Assembly (NCBI GenBank): GCA_963665095.1
Contig: OY762069.1
Coordinates: 288,001-352,000 of the forward strand
DNA length: 64,000 nucleotides
From: an uncultured Desulfobacter sp.
GTDB lineage: Bacteria; Desulfobacterota; Desulfobacteria; Desulfobacterales; Desulfobacteraceae
Reading direction: 5' to 3'
This document shows positions 32,206 to 42,249 of the stretch, piece after piece. The notes beneath the pieces are model-generated. The model searched no databases, was not told the DNA's origin, and worked only from the letters and a program-made list of their open reading frames with translations. Each line of letters opens with the position of its first letter. Positions within the stretch are counted from its first letter, which is position 1. Position numbers and translations under genes: made by a program.

Positions 32206-33040
32206 TTACCGGTAAATATTCTCAATCCATACATGGCCTCGGTGTCGCTGATTTTTCCAAGATACCTCTGGGTGGTGGACAGGTTAGAGTGCCGGAGGAT
32301 AATTTTTGAAACGATTTCAATCGGAACTCCTGATCGGCTGGCATAAGTGGCTGCATGCCGTCTAAGATCATGTGGCTTTACATCAATTCCGATTTTCTTG
32401 CCGGCGCTTTTAACAATCTCTCTGGCCCGGGTATATCCCAGAGGGAAAATACGCTCATCATCCAGGAAATTTTCAGCGGCAATATAATCACGCAGCCGGT
32501 CTGCCACCTTTTGGGGAATAAAAACAACTTCGGAGGTACGGCCACTCTTTGGATTGGGCAAATGAAGTTTTCGATCCTGGACATCCTGAGGCTTCAATTT
32601 CAGAACTTCACCGATCCTCATTCCACCCCTTGCCATCAGTTCAAGCATCAGTCGGTTTCTGGGGCTCTCTGTTTTGAAAATGAATTCATCAACGGCATCT
32701 CGTTCCAAAATTGTCCAGGGTGACAACTTCGAAACTCGAAATGTTTTTTGATAGGACAGCAGAGTCGCATGGATTGGGAAGATCGGGCACGGCAGTATTT
32801 TTGACAAAATTGAAGAGGCTTTTGAGAAGGGAATATTTGAGTTTCTTGGTTGAGGGTTTCAGGCCTTCAGTGATTTTTACCAGAAACTCCATGATTTCAT
32901 CCGGCGTTATTTCCGATACATCCCGCCTGCCGAAGTGCTTTTGGAAGACCGCTAAGAAATACCGATAGTTTTGGATGGTGTTTTTTTGAATTGAGTTCTT
33001 GATACGCCAGAAAATTTTTGATTGCCTGTGACATTTTCAT
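32206..33040 (-). pseudogene. Tyrosine recombinase/integrase (not IntI) with three frameshifts
   Basis: GGAG RBS and ATG 33040; MRIGE, PKSG, HDLRRH, LRHSN and TQRYL catalytic motifs; frame breaks at T7 32981-32987, T6 32744-32749 and near 32230. Confidence 0.8.
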
Positions 33041-33269
33041 GATGATGCTCTCCGTTAAAGATGTTGGAATCATCCTGATTGTCAGGGCCGTCTTGAAAAT
33101 GCAGCCAAATCCCCGGTTTGAAAATGTATGTTCTTAGCTGGTTTTTCTTCTCTTAAAAATCAAATTTAAAAATTTCGTCTTCTTCATTTTTTTCCTTTCT
33201 TTGCCCTCTGCTTTTTTCCGTACATACTGATCTTATTCATGTCTGATTTGAATCGGAGGCAATATGTAG

Positions 33270-33836
33270 ATGGGACTACTCAAGAAAAGAAGGTGCCGAA
33301 ATTGTAGAAGATTATTCGCTCCTAATCCAAGAAATATAGACTCTCAAAAATACTGTTCCAGATCTGAGTGCAGAAAAGCCAGCAAAAGGTGCAGCCAGAA
33401 AAAATGGCTGAACAAGCCTGAAAATCGAAACTACTTTTGTGGGCCTGCCCATGTTGAACGTGTTCAGGAATGGAGAAAGAAGAATCCCGGATATTGGAAG
33501 AAGACCAAAAGCCCAGATACGTTACAAGACTCGATATTGCCCCAACAGGCTGAAAATAAACAGGATTCAACGCAATTCATGGACAATGCGTTACAAGATT
33601 TCTTACGGGCGCAACCTCCTGTCATTATAGGGTTAATCGCCAACTTTACAGGCAGTGCGTTACAAGATGACATCGCTTCCACGCTCCTTCGTATGAAAAA
33701 ATACGGGCAAGACATTTTATGTTCACAACCCCAAAAAGAAGGAGAGCAAAATGATTGCAAAGGCCCCCATTTTACCATCCAGGGTTCGAAAAACACCCCA
33801 AAGCTTCAGTTGGATCGATCATCGCCTGGTGCGTGA
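33270..33836 (+). CDS. IS21-internal accessory protein with Cys-rich (Zn-finger-like) N-terminus
   Basis: CRNC..YCSRSEC; GGAGG RBS; lies inside the IS ends. Confidence 0.7.
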   Translation: MGLLKKRRCRNCRRLFAPNPRNIDSQKYCSRSECRKASKRCSQKKWLNKPENRNYFCGPAHVERVQEWRKKNPGYWKKTKSPDTLQDSILPQQAENKQDSTQFMDNALQDFLRAQPPVIIGLIANFTGSALQDDIASTLLRMKKYGQDILCSQPQKEGEQNDCKGPHFTIQGSKNTPKLQLDRSSPGA

Positions 33837-34137
33837 ACGGCACATTGACAGGTGTACACACTCCCAGTCCGCCCTATATCTGTTTCTGGTGTGTGTGGCC
33901 GACAGTCAAGGCATCAGCTACTATGGAGATAAGGCGATCATGGATCGGCTGTGCATGGATTCTGATGGCCTGAAGACAGCACGTTCCGGGTTAATACAGA
34001 ATGGGCTGATTGCCTGGCAGAGACCTATTTACCAGGTGCTTGCCCTTGACCCTGCTCCTGGTAAATCAAAACGGCACGGCTCCATGCTGCGTCTTTCAGA
34101 TATTCTAAAAGCAGCAGCGGAGGGCAACCATGATTGA
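33751..34137 (+). CDS. IS21-internal accessory protein, possible winged-helix
   Basis: GGAG RBS; ALYLFLVCVAD..SYYGDKAI..ARSGLIQNGLI pattern; stop overlaps the istA start. Confidence 0.7.
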   Translation: MIAKAPILPSRVRKTPQSFSWIDHRLVRERHIDRCTHSQSALYLFLVCVADSQGISYYGDKAIMDRLCMDSDGLKTARSGLIQNGLIAWQRPIYQVLALDPAPGKSKRHGSMLRLSDILKAAAEGNHD

Positions 34138-35605
34138 TTACGAAACCTATGTTCAAATCAGAAATTACTTTACCCGAGACGGCCTGACATACAGCCAGAT
34201 TGCCAATGCCCTTGATCTGGACCCCAGGACAGTTGCCAGGTGGGCCAACCTGAAAAGGTACCAGCCCAGACAGTCAGCCCCCAGAGAAAGCAAGCTTGAT
34301 CCGTATAAGAACGCCATCCTGCATATGCTTGAAAAACATCCCTACAGTTCCCGCCAGATATTTCAACGAATCACCCAGGATGGTTTTGCCGGGGGCATCA
34401 CCATTGTTGAGGATTATGTCAGGAAGGTGCGGCCGCCCAAAACAAAGGCGTATTTGAAACTGAGTTTTGCTCCGGGTGAAGCTGCCCAGGTGGACTGGGG
34501 TTCTTATAGTACAGTAAGGGTGGGCAACACGACCCGGCGGTTGAGCTTTTTTGTGATGGTGATGTGCCACAGCCGCATGATGTACGTTGAGTTCACGGTC
34601 TCCCAGACCATGGAGCATTTTTTAGGCTGCCACCAGAATGCATTTGAGTTTTTTGGAAAGGTGCCGGAAAAGGTCATGGTGGACAATCTCAAATCCGCTG
34701 TTCTAAAAAGACTGCTGGGGAAAGCCCCGGTCTTCAACCCCAGATACCTTGATTTTGCAGATTATTACGGATTTACAATTGTTCCCTGTAATGTGCGCAA
34801 GGGTAATGAAAAAGGCCGGGTTGAAAATGCTGTGGGCTATGTCAAAAAGAATCTGCTCAACGGTCTTGAAATCCCTGATTTTAAGATCATGGAGCCCACC
34901 TGCAAACACTGGCTTGATACTGTCGCCAATGTCAGAACCCACGGAGAGACCGGTCAAAAGCCCGCAGAGATGTATGCCCTGGAATTGCCCCACCTATACC
35001 CTCTGCCGTCAGAACCCTATGATATCGGTGTGGTAAAGCAGGTACGGGCTTCAAGACAGTACAGGGTAGTCATCGATACAAATGCTTACACAGTACCCGC
35101 CCAGCTGGCAGGGGTGGCTTTGACTGCCAAGCTTTACCCTGATCGGATCTGCTTTTACCATGAAGACAAGTTGGTTGCCCGCCATGTCAGATCCTATGGC
35201 CGCAAAAACGACCTTGAAGATCCTGATCACTCTAAAATCCTTTTGAGCCAGCGCAAAAAGGCCAGAGACCAGGCAATTTATATGCGTTTTTTAAGCCTCT
35301 CTGACAAGGCCCGGGAGTATTACAGGCAATTGCAGAACAGGCGGCTTAACGCCTCCCATCATGTACGGCAAATCGTGGCCTTGAGTGAAATCTACTCCCG
35401 GGAACAAGTTGCCATGGCCATTGAAGATGCCTTTAAGTTCTCTGCATTCTCATGTGAATACATCGCCAACCTCCTTGAGCAGCGGGTTCGGTCTCCCCAG
35501 GAGCCCGGAGCCCTGCATGTTACACATAAAGCAGATTTACTGAACCTGACAATCCAGGAGCCTGATCTTAATATTTATACCGCCATAGGAGATAAAAATG
35601 CCTGA
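34130..35605 (+). CDS. istA: IS21 DDE transposase IstA
   Basis: N-terminal HTH; PGEAAQVDWG, VMVDNLKSAV and EKGRVENAVGYVK motifs. Confidence 0.95.
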   Translation: MIDYETYVQIRNYFTRDGLTYSQIANALDLDPRTVARWANLKRYQPRQSAPRESKLDPYKNAILHMLEKHPYSSRQIFQRITQDGFAGGITIVEDYVRKVRPPKTKAYLKLSFAPGEAAQVDWGSYSTVRVGNTTRRLSFFVMVMCHSRMMYVEFTVSQTMEHFLGCHQNAFEFFGKVPEKVMVDNLKSAVLKRLLGKAPVFNPRYLDFADYYGFTIVPCNVRKGNEKGRVENAVGYVKKNLLNGLEIPDFKIMEPTCKHWLDTVANVRTHGETGQKPAEMYALELPHLYPLPSEPYDIGVVKQVRASRQYRVVIDTNAYTVPAQLAGVALTAKLYPDRICFYHEDKLVARHVRSYGRKNDLEDPDHSKILLSQRKKARDQAIYMRFLSLSDKAREYYRQLQNRRLNASHHVRQIVALSEIYSREQVAMAIEDAFKFSAFSCEYIANLLEQRVRSPQEPGALHVTHKADLLNLTIQEPDLNIYTAIGDKNA

Positions 35606-36332
35606 TCTTGAGAAATGCCTGTCCCACTTAAAACTACCTTATATCAGGGAAAACTATGAGTCAGTGGCTACCCTGGCTGCCCAGAAGCAATGGAGCCACG
35701 TTCAATATCTATCAGAGCTTGCCAGGCATGAATCACTACTGCGCCATGATAAAACCATCCAGCGCCGTATCCGTATGGCCAAGTTCCCGGTAATCAAAAC
35801 CCTGGACCAGTTCAACTGGTCATGGCCCAGAAAAATCAATCAGGCTCAGATCCAGAATCTGTTCAGACTCAAGTTCATTGAAGAAAAGGGTAACATTATC
35901 GTGATCGGCCCGGTCGGTGTTGGGAAAACACATATTGCGACTGCTTTAGGTTACCAGGCCTGCCTGAAAAACCATACGGTTCTGTTCTCTTCTGCCATTG
36001 ATATCGTCAACAATCTGGTGGCAGCCCAGAAGGCGGGTCAGTTAAAGCAGGAACTGAGAAAATACCTCAAGCCAACTTTGTTGATCATGGATGAACTGGG
36101 CTACCTGCCCATTGACAAGATTGGGGCAGACCTGTTGTTCCAAATTATCAGTCAGCGCTATGAGCAAGGAGCCATCATAATAACCACAAACCGGGTGTTC
36201 AAAGATTGGCCGGAGATCTTCAACAATGACATGACATTAACATCAGCTTTGCTGGACAGGCTTCTTCACCACACCGAGCCTGTGGTCATTGAGGGTAAGA
36301 GTTTTAGAATGAAAGATGTGACGGAAGAATAA
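35598..36332 (+). CDS. istB: IS21 AAA+ helper ATPase IstB
   Basis: GPVGVGKT Walker A, LIMDELGY Walker B, ALLDRLLHH. Confidence 0.95.
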   Translation: MPDLEKCLSHLKLPYIRENYESVATLAAQKQWSHVQYLSELARHESLLRHDKTIQRRIRMAKFPVIKTLDQFNWSWPRKINQAQIQNLFRLKFIEEKGNIIVIGPVGVGKTHIATALGYQACLKNHTVLFSSAIDIVNNLVAAQKAGQLKQELRKYLKPTLLIMDELGYLPIDKIGADLLFQIISQRYEQGAIIITTNRVFKDWPEIFNNDMTLTSALLDRLLHHTEPVVIEGKSFRMKDVTEE

Positions 36333-36431
36333 CAAAGCCGAGGCCGGTCTACATGCATCTGGAGGCCGGCCCTTTAATCGCCTACATTTTTAAACCGGGA
36401 GATTTATGACATGTTCACGCCCCGCCTGACA

Positions 36432-36874
36432 CTTCTGCCATTGATATCGTCAACAATCTGGTGGCAGCCCAGAAGGCGGGTCAGTTAAAGCAGGAACTGA
36501 GAAAATACCTCAAGCCAACTTTGTTGATCATGGATGAACTGGGCTACCTGCCCATTGACAAGATTGGGGCAGACCTGTTGTTCCAAATTATCAGTCAGCG
36601 CTATGAGCAAGGAGCCATCATAATAACCACAAACCGGGTGTTCAAAGATTGGCCGGAGATCTTCAACAATGACATGACATTAACATCAGCTTTGCTGGAC
36701 AGGCTTCTTCACCACACCGAGCCTGTGGTCATTGAGGGTAAGAGTTTTAGAATGAAAGATGTGACGGAAGAATAACAAAGCCGAGGCCGGTCTACATGCA
36801 TCTGGAGGCCGGCCCTTTAATCGCCTACATTTTTAAACCGGGAGATTTATGACATGTTCACGCCCCGCCTGACA
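36432..36874 (+). repeat. 443-bp tandem duplication of 35989-36431 (istB 3' half plus right inverted repeat)
   Basis: Sequence after the first CCTGACA end (36431) restarts at CTTCTGCCATTG (=35989) and repeats through to a second CCTGACA. Confidence 0.92.
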
Positions 36875-36966
36875 TCCTGATGGATCAGGACAAAGACAGT
36901 ATACAAAATTTCCGGGGTAAAAAGCTGGGATTTTTCAGAAACACTCGGGAAATGCTTGCACAGTGT

Positions 36967-37218
36967 TTAATTTTTTTTCTTCATATCGGCTTCTGCAAGT
37001 TTGCTAAGTTGTGCAAAACCCATGAGTTTGTTTGTCGCAAGTCCATTTTCGGTAATTAGACTCAAATCTGTTGAAATTGCTTGCAGGCAAGCTGCAACAG
37101 TTATTTTATGACATTTATCAAAAATTTCACATTTCAGACATTTGTACGGTGCTTCACCATGGAGCACATCTTCAGCTTGTTGACCAAAACATTTTTTAGA
37201 ATCCCACTCATTTTTCAT
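36967..37218 (-). CDS. Hypothetical protein (CxxCxxxxxC)
   Basis: GAGG RBS, 83-aa ORF; no family recognised. Confidence 0.55.
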   Translation of the reverse strand: MKNEWDSKKCFGQQAEDVLHGEAPYKCLKCEIFDKCHKITVAACLQAISTDLSLITENGLATNKLMGFAQLSKLAEADMKKKN

Positions 37219-37242
37219 GATGGCACCTCAATACTTTTTTCA

Positions 37243-37476
37243 TTAAGTCTCCTCGTTGTCATATGTTATGTTTAGATCCCGGGCCAATATCAGGAGTCCG
37301 TATTTCTTTCCGAGTCCGTTTATTTTGTCATGAGTGTTTTTACCGAATATTTCTCCAGTAAGAATCAAACAATTTTTTATTTCATCCGATAACTCAAAGG
37401 ACGCATACTCTGCACCGTCAATCATCTTTGCAGCCAAAATGAATTTATTTATCGTATTTTGAAGTTCAGCGTTCAT
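37243..37476 (-). CDS. Hypothetical protein
   Basis: 77-aa ORF co-oriented with the neighbouring small ORF; no family recognised. Confidence 0.5.
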   Translation of the reverse strand: MNAELQNTINKFILAAKMIDGAEYASFELSDEIKNCLILTGEIFGKNTHDKINGLGKKYGLLILARDLNITYDNEET

Positions 37477-37694
37477 TTATTTCATTTTCCTAAAAGATCA
37501 GCGTATCATAATTATTTCAAATGATCTCAATCAATCGGATTGATTATCCTTGCTGTAGCACAAATAGCAAGGATAATTTTGAATTTTACATAGGGTTCAA
37601 TGGTTTTGGCATTCCTGTCTGGCAAAAGTCCGGTAAATGTCTTTAAAAATACCATTATTGTGGACCTTGGTATTACTTGCTTTTGTCATGGATA

Positions 37695-38108
37695 TTACAT
37701 GTTGTTTTGATTTGGCAATTGGTCGAATTTGGCAACCTTTTCCAAATTATTGTCCCAATTTGCTTTGTTCCTCCAATAAATATGGCCTTGAGGTTCCATT
37801 TGCACATCACTGTCAAGACTTCCGGCTGGAACAACCAACAGATCTCCATCCATCTGTATATTGGGAAGAGCTGATCCACAATTCGAGCAAAAGCTTTTTA
37901 TATGCCCCTCTGATTTGAAATCAAAGGTTTTAGCTTTATCTTTGCCCGATAGCCATATTAACTTAGCTGAAGAAGAAAATAAATTAGCAGCATGTGCTGA
38001 GCCAGTATCTTTTCTACAACGTTCGCAATGGCAAAGAAAAAAGCTTTCAAATTCTCCGATTATTTCAAAAGTAATTTCACCACAAAGGCAAGATCCTTTA
38101 TACTTCAT
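37695..38108 (-). CDS. GFA/CENP-V family Zn-binding protein
   Basis: GSCLCG, CHCERCRK and FCSNCGS motifs; start ATG 38108 after AGGGG. Confidence 0.9.
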   Translation of the reverse strand: MKYKGSCLCGEITFEIIGEFESFFLCHCERCRKDTGSAHAANLFSSSAKLIWLSGKDKAKTFDFKSEGHIKSFCSNCGSALPNIQMDGDLLVVPAGSLDSDVQMEPQGHIYWRNKANWDNNLEKVAKFDQLPNQNNM

Positions 38109-38425
38109 AACATCCCCTAAATTCTGTTTAATTTTAGTGTTTCGATATAGAATCAATTTTTAAGAGGCTTTCTTTTTAACCTTCAGTCAATTGGAGAATA
38201 TCCTGATTATCGCCTGGGTCGCAACGGGAAATTTGAATCCACGAAGCATAATTTATAGGACGTTACTTTGATCTATTATTAGTCATGGCATCAGAATTTC
38301 AAATAGCCCGGTTTAATACCATAAATCAACGCAACTATTCGATTTGCTTGAAACCAATGAAGATGTTAAAATACGATTTCATTTTCTGTAAAAAGAATAC
38401 CATTTTAAATCTTGGGAGGAGAAGA

Positions 38426-40150
38426 ATGTTAAATCGCATTTCTATCAAACAACGTATGTTTTTGATCATTGCTTTGTTTTTTGTCCTATTTGTAGGAATG
38501 GTCTGGTTTTCAATCAATGGCTCCAACAATGTCAGGGACATTGCTGTTTCTGATGTTGCCAAAGTAATGCTTGAGGACCAAAAGGACAAATTGAAGGTGG
38601 CTACACACTCAACAGCCCTGGCGATTGGTGCAAGTATTAAGGCCTTGGAGGATGGACAAAATAAGATTGAAGCCATTCGCTTGGCAGTGGATAAGATTCG
38701 GTTTGAAGAAGATAAATCCGGATACTACTTTGTTTACCAGAACACTACGAATGTTGCCCTCCCTCCTAAAAAGGAATTGCAAGGAAAGGATCTTAAAGAT
38801 TTAAAAGATAAGAATGATGTTTACCTGGTTCGGGACTTGAGGGATAAATCCAAAGCTGGCGGGGGTTTTGTGCAATATATTTGGCCGAAACCCGGAGCTG
38901 GTGATGTGCCTAAATTAAGTTATGCAGAGATGATTCCCGGAACAGATTTTTGGATAGGAACAGGGGTGTATTTGGATAACATAGACGCATACATAGCGGC
39001 TATGGAAACAAACATCGGTGAAAAGGTTAAGTCTATGAGAATCCAAATGCTGGGTACCACGGGCCTCCTTTTTACCGCCATCGCAGTGTTATGCCTTTTT
39101 ATTGTCTTTGGTATCACCAAATCCTTGGGGAGCATGATTTTGAGCGTCCAGGATATTGCCGAGGGCGAAGGAGACCTAACAAAACGGGTCGAGATCAATT
39201 CAAGAGATGAGTTGGGAGAGCTTGCAAAATGGCTCAACCTTTTTCTGGAAAAACTTCAAGATATCATTAAACAGATTTCAAAAGAATCCTTTGGGGTCGA
39301 TGAGTCATCCAATGAGCTTACAGATATATCCGACGCTATGACCAATGTGGCGCAAAACACATCAAATCAGGCCGATAGGGTAGCCTCTGCCTCTGAGGAG
39401 ATGAGTTCCAGCCTTAACAGTGTTGCGGCTGCCATGGAAGAATCCTCTCAAAATGTAAACCTGGTGGCTTCTGCCGCAGAGGAGATGAATTCCACGATAA
39501 ATGAAATTGCAGGTAATGCAGAAAAGACCAGAGGAACTTCAGAAAACGCTTCTTTAAAAGCGGCCGAGGCTGGGAAGATGATAAAAGACCTTAGCGATGC
39601 CGCAAAGTCAATCGGACAGGTTACGGAAACGATCACAGACATTTCCAATCAGACCAACCTGTTGGCGCTGAACGCCACGATTGAGGCTGCCAGAGCTGGA
39701 GAATCTGGAAAAGGGTTCGCAGTTGTGGCAAATGAAATTAAAGATCTGGCGAGTCAAACAGCAGATGCAACGCTTAACATAAAAAAGCAGATTGAAAATG
39801 TTCAAACAGTTTCTGCCTCTACAGCAACCTCCATCAATGAGGTAATTAAAGTTATAGACGAAGCTAAGGAGATGATATCCACTATTGCGGCGGCTGTAAC
39901 CCAACAATCGGCTGCCACGCAGGAAATCTCCAGCAATATTGAGCAACTCTCTTTGGGAATACAGGAAGTGAATGAAAATGTAAGCCAGAGTTCCATGGTC
40001 GCAACTAAAATATCAGAAGACATATCAAATGTTAATTCTGCATCCACAGAAATGACCTCCAGTAGTGAAACTGTGAGAGATAGTGCGGGTCAATTAAAGG
40101 AGATGGCCAAAAAGCTCAAGGCTATTGTTGACACCTTTATAGTTGAATAA
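38426..40150 (+). CDS. Methyl-accepting chemotaxis protein with Cache sensor and HAMP domain
   Basis: [22 protein letters not shown] Cache; [50 protein letters not shown]; start ATG 38426 after GGAGG. Confidence 0.93.
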   Translation: MLNRISIKQRMFLIIALFFVLFVGMVWFSINGSNNVRDIAVSDVAKVMLEDQKDKLKVATHSTALAIGASIKALEDGQNKIEAIRLAVDKIRFEEDKSGYYFVYQNTTNVALPPKKELQGKDLKDLKDKNDVYLVRDLRDKSKAGGGFVQYIWPKPGAGDVPKLSYAEMIPGTDFWIGTGVYLDNIDAYIAAMETNIGEKVKSMRIQMLGTTGLLFTAIAVLCLFIVFGITKSLGSMILSVQDIAEGEGDLTKRVEINSRDELGELAKWLNLFLEKLQDIIKQISKESFGVDESSNELTDISDAMTNVAQNTSNQADRVASASEEMSSSLNSVAAAMEESSQNVNLVASAAEEMNSTINEIAGNAEKTRGTSENASLKAAEAGKMIKDLSDAAKSIGQVTETITDISNQTNLLALNATIEAARAGESGKGFAVVANEIKDLASQTADATLNIKKQIENVQTVSASTATSINEVIKVIDEAKEMISTIAAAVTQQSAATQEISSNIEQLSLGIQEVNENVSQSSMVATKISEDISNVNSASTEMTSSSETVRDSAGQLKEMAKKLKAIVDTFIVE

Positions 40151-41056
40151 GCAAATCAAAACTGTTATATTTTTACGTATACTTGCAGCCATTGACTTAA
40201 TTTTCAGTGGCTGCAGTCTCTTTTAGCAACCACTGAAACGATGTAAAATAAAATCGTCAATTACCTGGGGAATCGAAATTTTTCGAGTAAATTTGAAACG
40301 CCAGTAAGGGGTTGACTATATAGACATATCTGTCGCTTTGCTATTCCTCAGAAATATCATTATCCGGATAATATTTTTCCAAACAGTCGTCGCATATCCC
40401 GTGACTGAACTCTGCTTCAGAATGATCATGGATATAGGATTCAATCTGGGTCCAATACCCTTTATCATCACGAATTTTTTTGCAATGCGAACAGATGGGC
40501 AAAAGACCACTTAAAGTCTTAACCTTTTCCTGTGCTCTTTTAAGCGAAGTGATATCTTCTAATATTATAATGATTCCATCAAATTTGCCGCTTATATCTA
40601 AACTTTTAGAGAACTTTATGCTGTAGATAAAGGATTGTTGATTTAAGGCAATTTGTTTTTCGAATATCAATGAATCAAGATTGTTGTCTACATAATTATT
40701 AATTTCATGTTCAAGCCACGGCAAAAGTTCAGACAGAGCTGCTCCACCAAAACATGAAGGATCTATATGCTTATCTTCATCCAGATGTTGCTCTATTTCC
40801 AACTGGCGATCTCTACTTAGACAGTAATATTGAGACCCTGGTAAAATATTTGTTTTAAATAATTCAGCAGCCAAAAGGTTCATGTTATCAATCTTTTTCG
40901 CACGATTCAGAATTATCACTGGATTTGGTATACTTTCAAATATGGTCAGATATTTATTTTTTTCATTCGTCATTGAGAGGAAGCACGATAATCAATGGAG
41001 CGACAATCAGGATAAATCAGGGAAAGGCATAACTGTATTTTCAATGATTAGCAGAT

Positions 41057-41233
41057 GTCGCTGCGCTCCGACTGATTTTATTGGGTTTTTTAAGGCATGA
41101 GCAGGAAAGCTTGAATAATACAGAAAGGGGAAGCAGGTCAACCCCGCTTCCCCCGGCGCATTATTCAATGCTACCTGCTTTTGGCTATCCCTTGCCGGGT
41201 TTCCTCCCCAGGATGTCCCGGCTCCGTTTCACC
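41057..41233 (-). ncRNA. Candidate conserved structured RNA in the downstream end of transposon A
   Basis: Strongly similar to 45291-45460 in the divergent transposon B; multi-stem fold with G-U pairs on the minus strand and a compensatory pair. Confidence 0.55.
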
Positions 41234-41413
41234 AAAACCATAAAATTCATTTTCTCTTTGTTCCTCTTGTTTGATCTCCAGCAATTCTGTCAAAAGATGA
41301 TTTTCCGAGTTTATTTTTTTTAAACTGACAAGGATCAACTCCATGACCAGATTGCCCAGCTCGTCGACAATTTCAGCCATTGTTTTTTCAAGTTGTGTTT
41401 CATTGATTGTCAT
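41171..41413 (-). CDS. Small hypothetical ORF in transposon A
   Basis: GAGG RBS just after the ATPase stop; 3' end overlaps the conserved structured segment; absent from transposon B. Confidence 0.5.
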   Translation of the reverse strand: MTINETQLEKTMAEIVDELGNLVMELILVSLKKINSENHLLTELLEIKQEEQRENEFYGFGETEPGHPGEETRQGIAKSR

Positions 41414-41424
41414 TTTTATACCTC

Positions 41425-42249
41425 TTATCTGGTTGGCGACGGTTTCAGTGAAAAAAGCTCTATGAAAAGTTTCTCATCCAGTTGCGGCAGCTCTCTTTGA
41501 ACGCCCACTTCAAGCAGTTCTGCCGACATATTATTGAGGACCCGTAAGTTTCCTGTACAGTGCTCTACCAAAGCGGTGATTAAAGGTTTTGTCATGAGTT
41601 GAGGAGCTCCGGCCTGATTTAGGCAATGCGCTATATAATCCAACAATTCTTCCCGGGTATAAGGATCCAATTTTAACCGGAACCGGAGTCGACTCCCCAG
41701 GGCTACCAATGCACTGGTTCTGAACCGTTCCGGCAGCCGGGTATCACCACAGATAATGGTGGTCAATAAATTCTGGGAGTCAAAATCCATACTGTTGAGC
41801 AACCGAAGCTCATTCAGGCATCCGGTAAGCATTTCCTGAGCCTCATCAATGAGCAGGACGGGTCTGAACAGGGTTGTTTTAATATGATTTTTCCATCGTT
41901 GCCGCAGATCTTTGAACCCTCCGTAACGGTTGGCCGGACTCAAATTGACACCAAACAGTGTCCCCATTTCCCGATAGAAATCGGCCACGCTGCTTTGGGG
42001 GCGCTCCATAACGCCGACAACGACTTCATCAAGCTTGCCAAGCTGATGGGCAATCGCCTGTAGTGTCTTGGATTTGCCAAGACCGGGTTCACCGGCGATT
42101 AATGCAAATCCACCGTTCATGGTCATATTTTCAAGGCGTGTAATAAATGCCTCCATCCGGGGTGGATGCCATAATGAGTCCACAGGAATATTTGGTAAAA
42201 AAGGATTGTACTTCAATCCATAATAAGCCAATAATCGTTTGCTGTTCAT
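41425..42249 (-). CDS. ExeA-like AAA+ ATPase (TnsC/MuB/IstB-analogous transposition helper)
   Basis: YYGLKYNPF, GEPGLGKS Walker A, LLIDEAQE Walker B; start overlaps the transposase stop (TGATG). Confidence 0.88.
   Translation of the reverse strand: MNSKRLLAYYGLKYNPFLPNIPVDSLWHPPRMEAFITRLENMTMNGGFALIAGEPGLGKSKTLQAIAHQLGKLDEVVVGVMERPQSSVADFYREMGTLFGVNLSPANRYGGFKDLRQRWKNHIKTTLFRPVLLIDEAQEMLTGCLNELRLLNSMDFDSQNLLTTIICGDTRLPERFRTSALVALGSRLRFRLKLDPYTREELLDYIAHCLNQAGAPQLMTKPLITALVEHCTGNLRVLNNMSAELLEVGVQRELPQLDEKLFIELFSLKPSPTR

Larger units (their letters stand above)
33080..36874 (+). mobile_element. IS21-family element with two accessory ORFs and a duplicated right end
   Basis: TGTCAGG..CCTGACA terminal inverted repeats with internal CCCGGTTTrAAAATGTA repeat; 7-bp target duplication TCCTGAT at 33073-33079 and 36875-36881. 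Confidence 0.92.

Noticed and set aside
32206..33040. Integron integrase (intI) call for the recombinase next to attC
   Set aside because: No IntI-specific insertion before the HxxR motif and no attI recognised
36461..36775. Second istB gene
   Set aside because: It is only the duplicated 3' half and lacks Walker A
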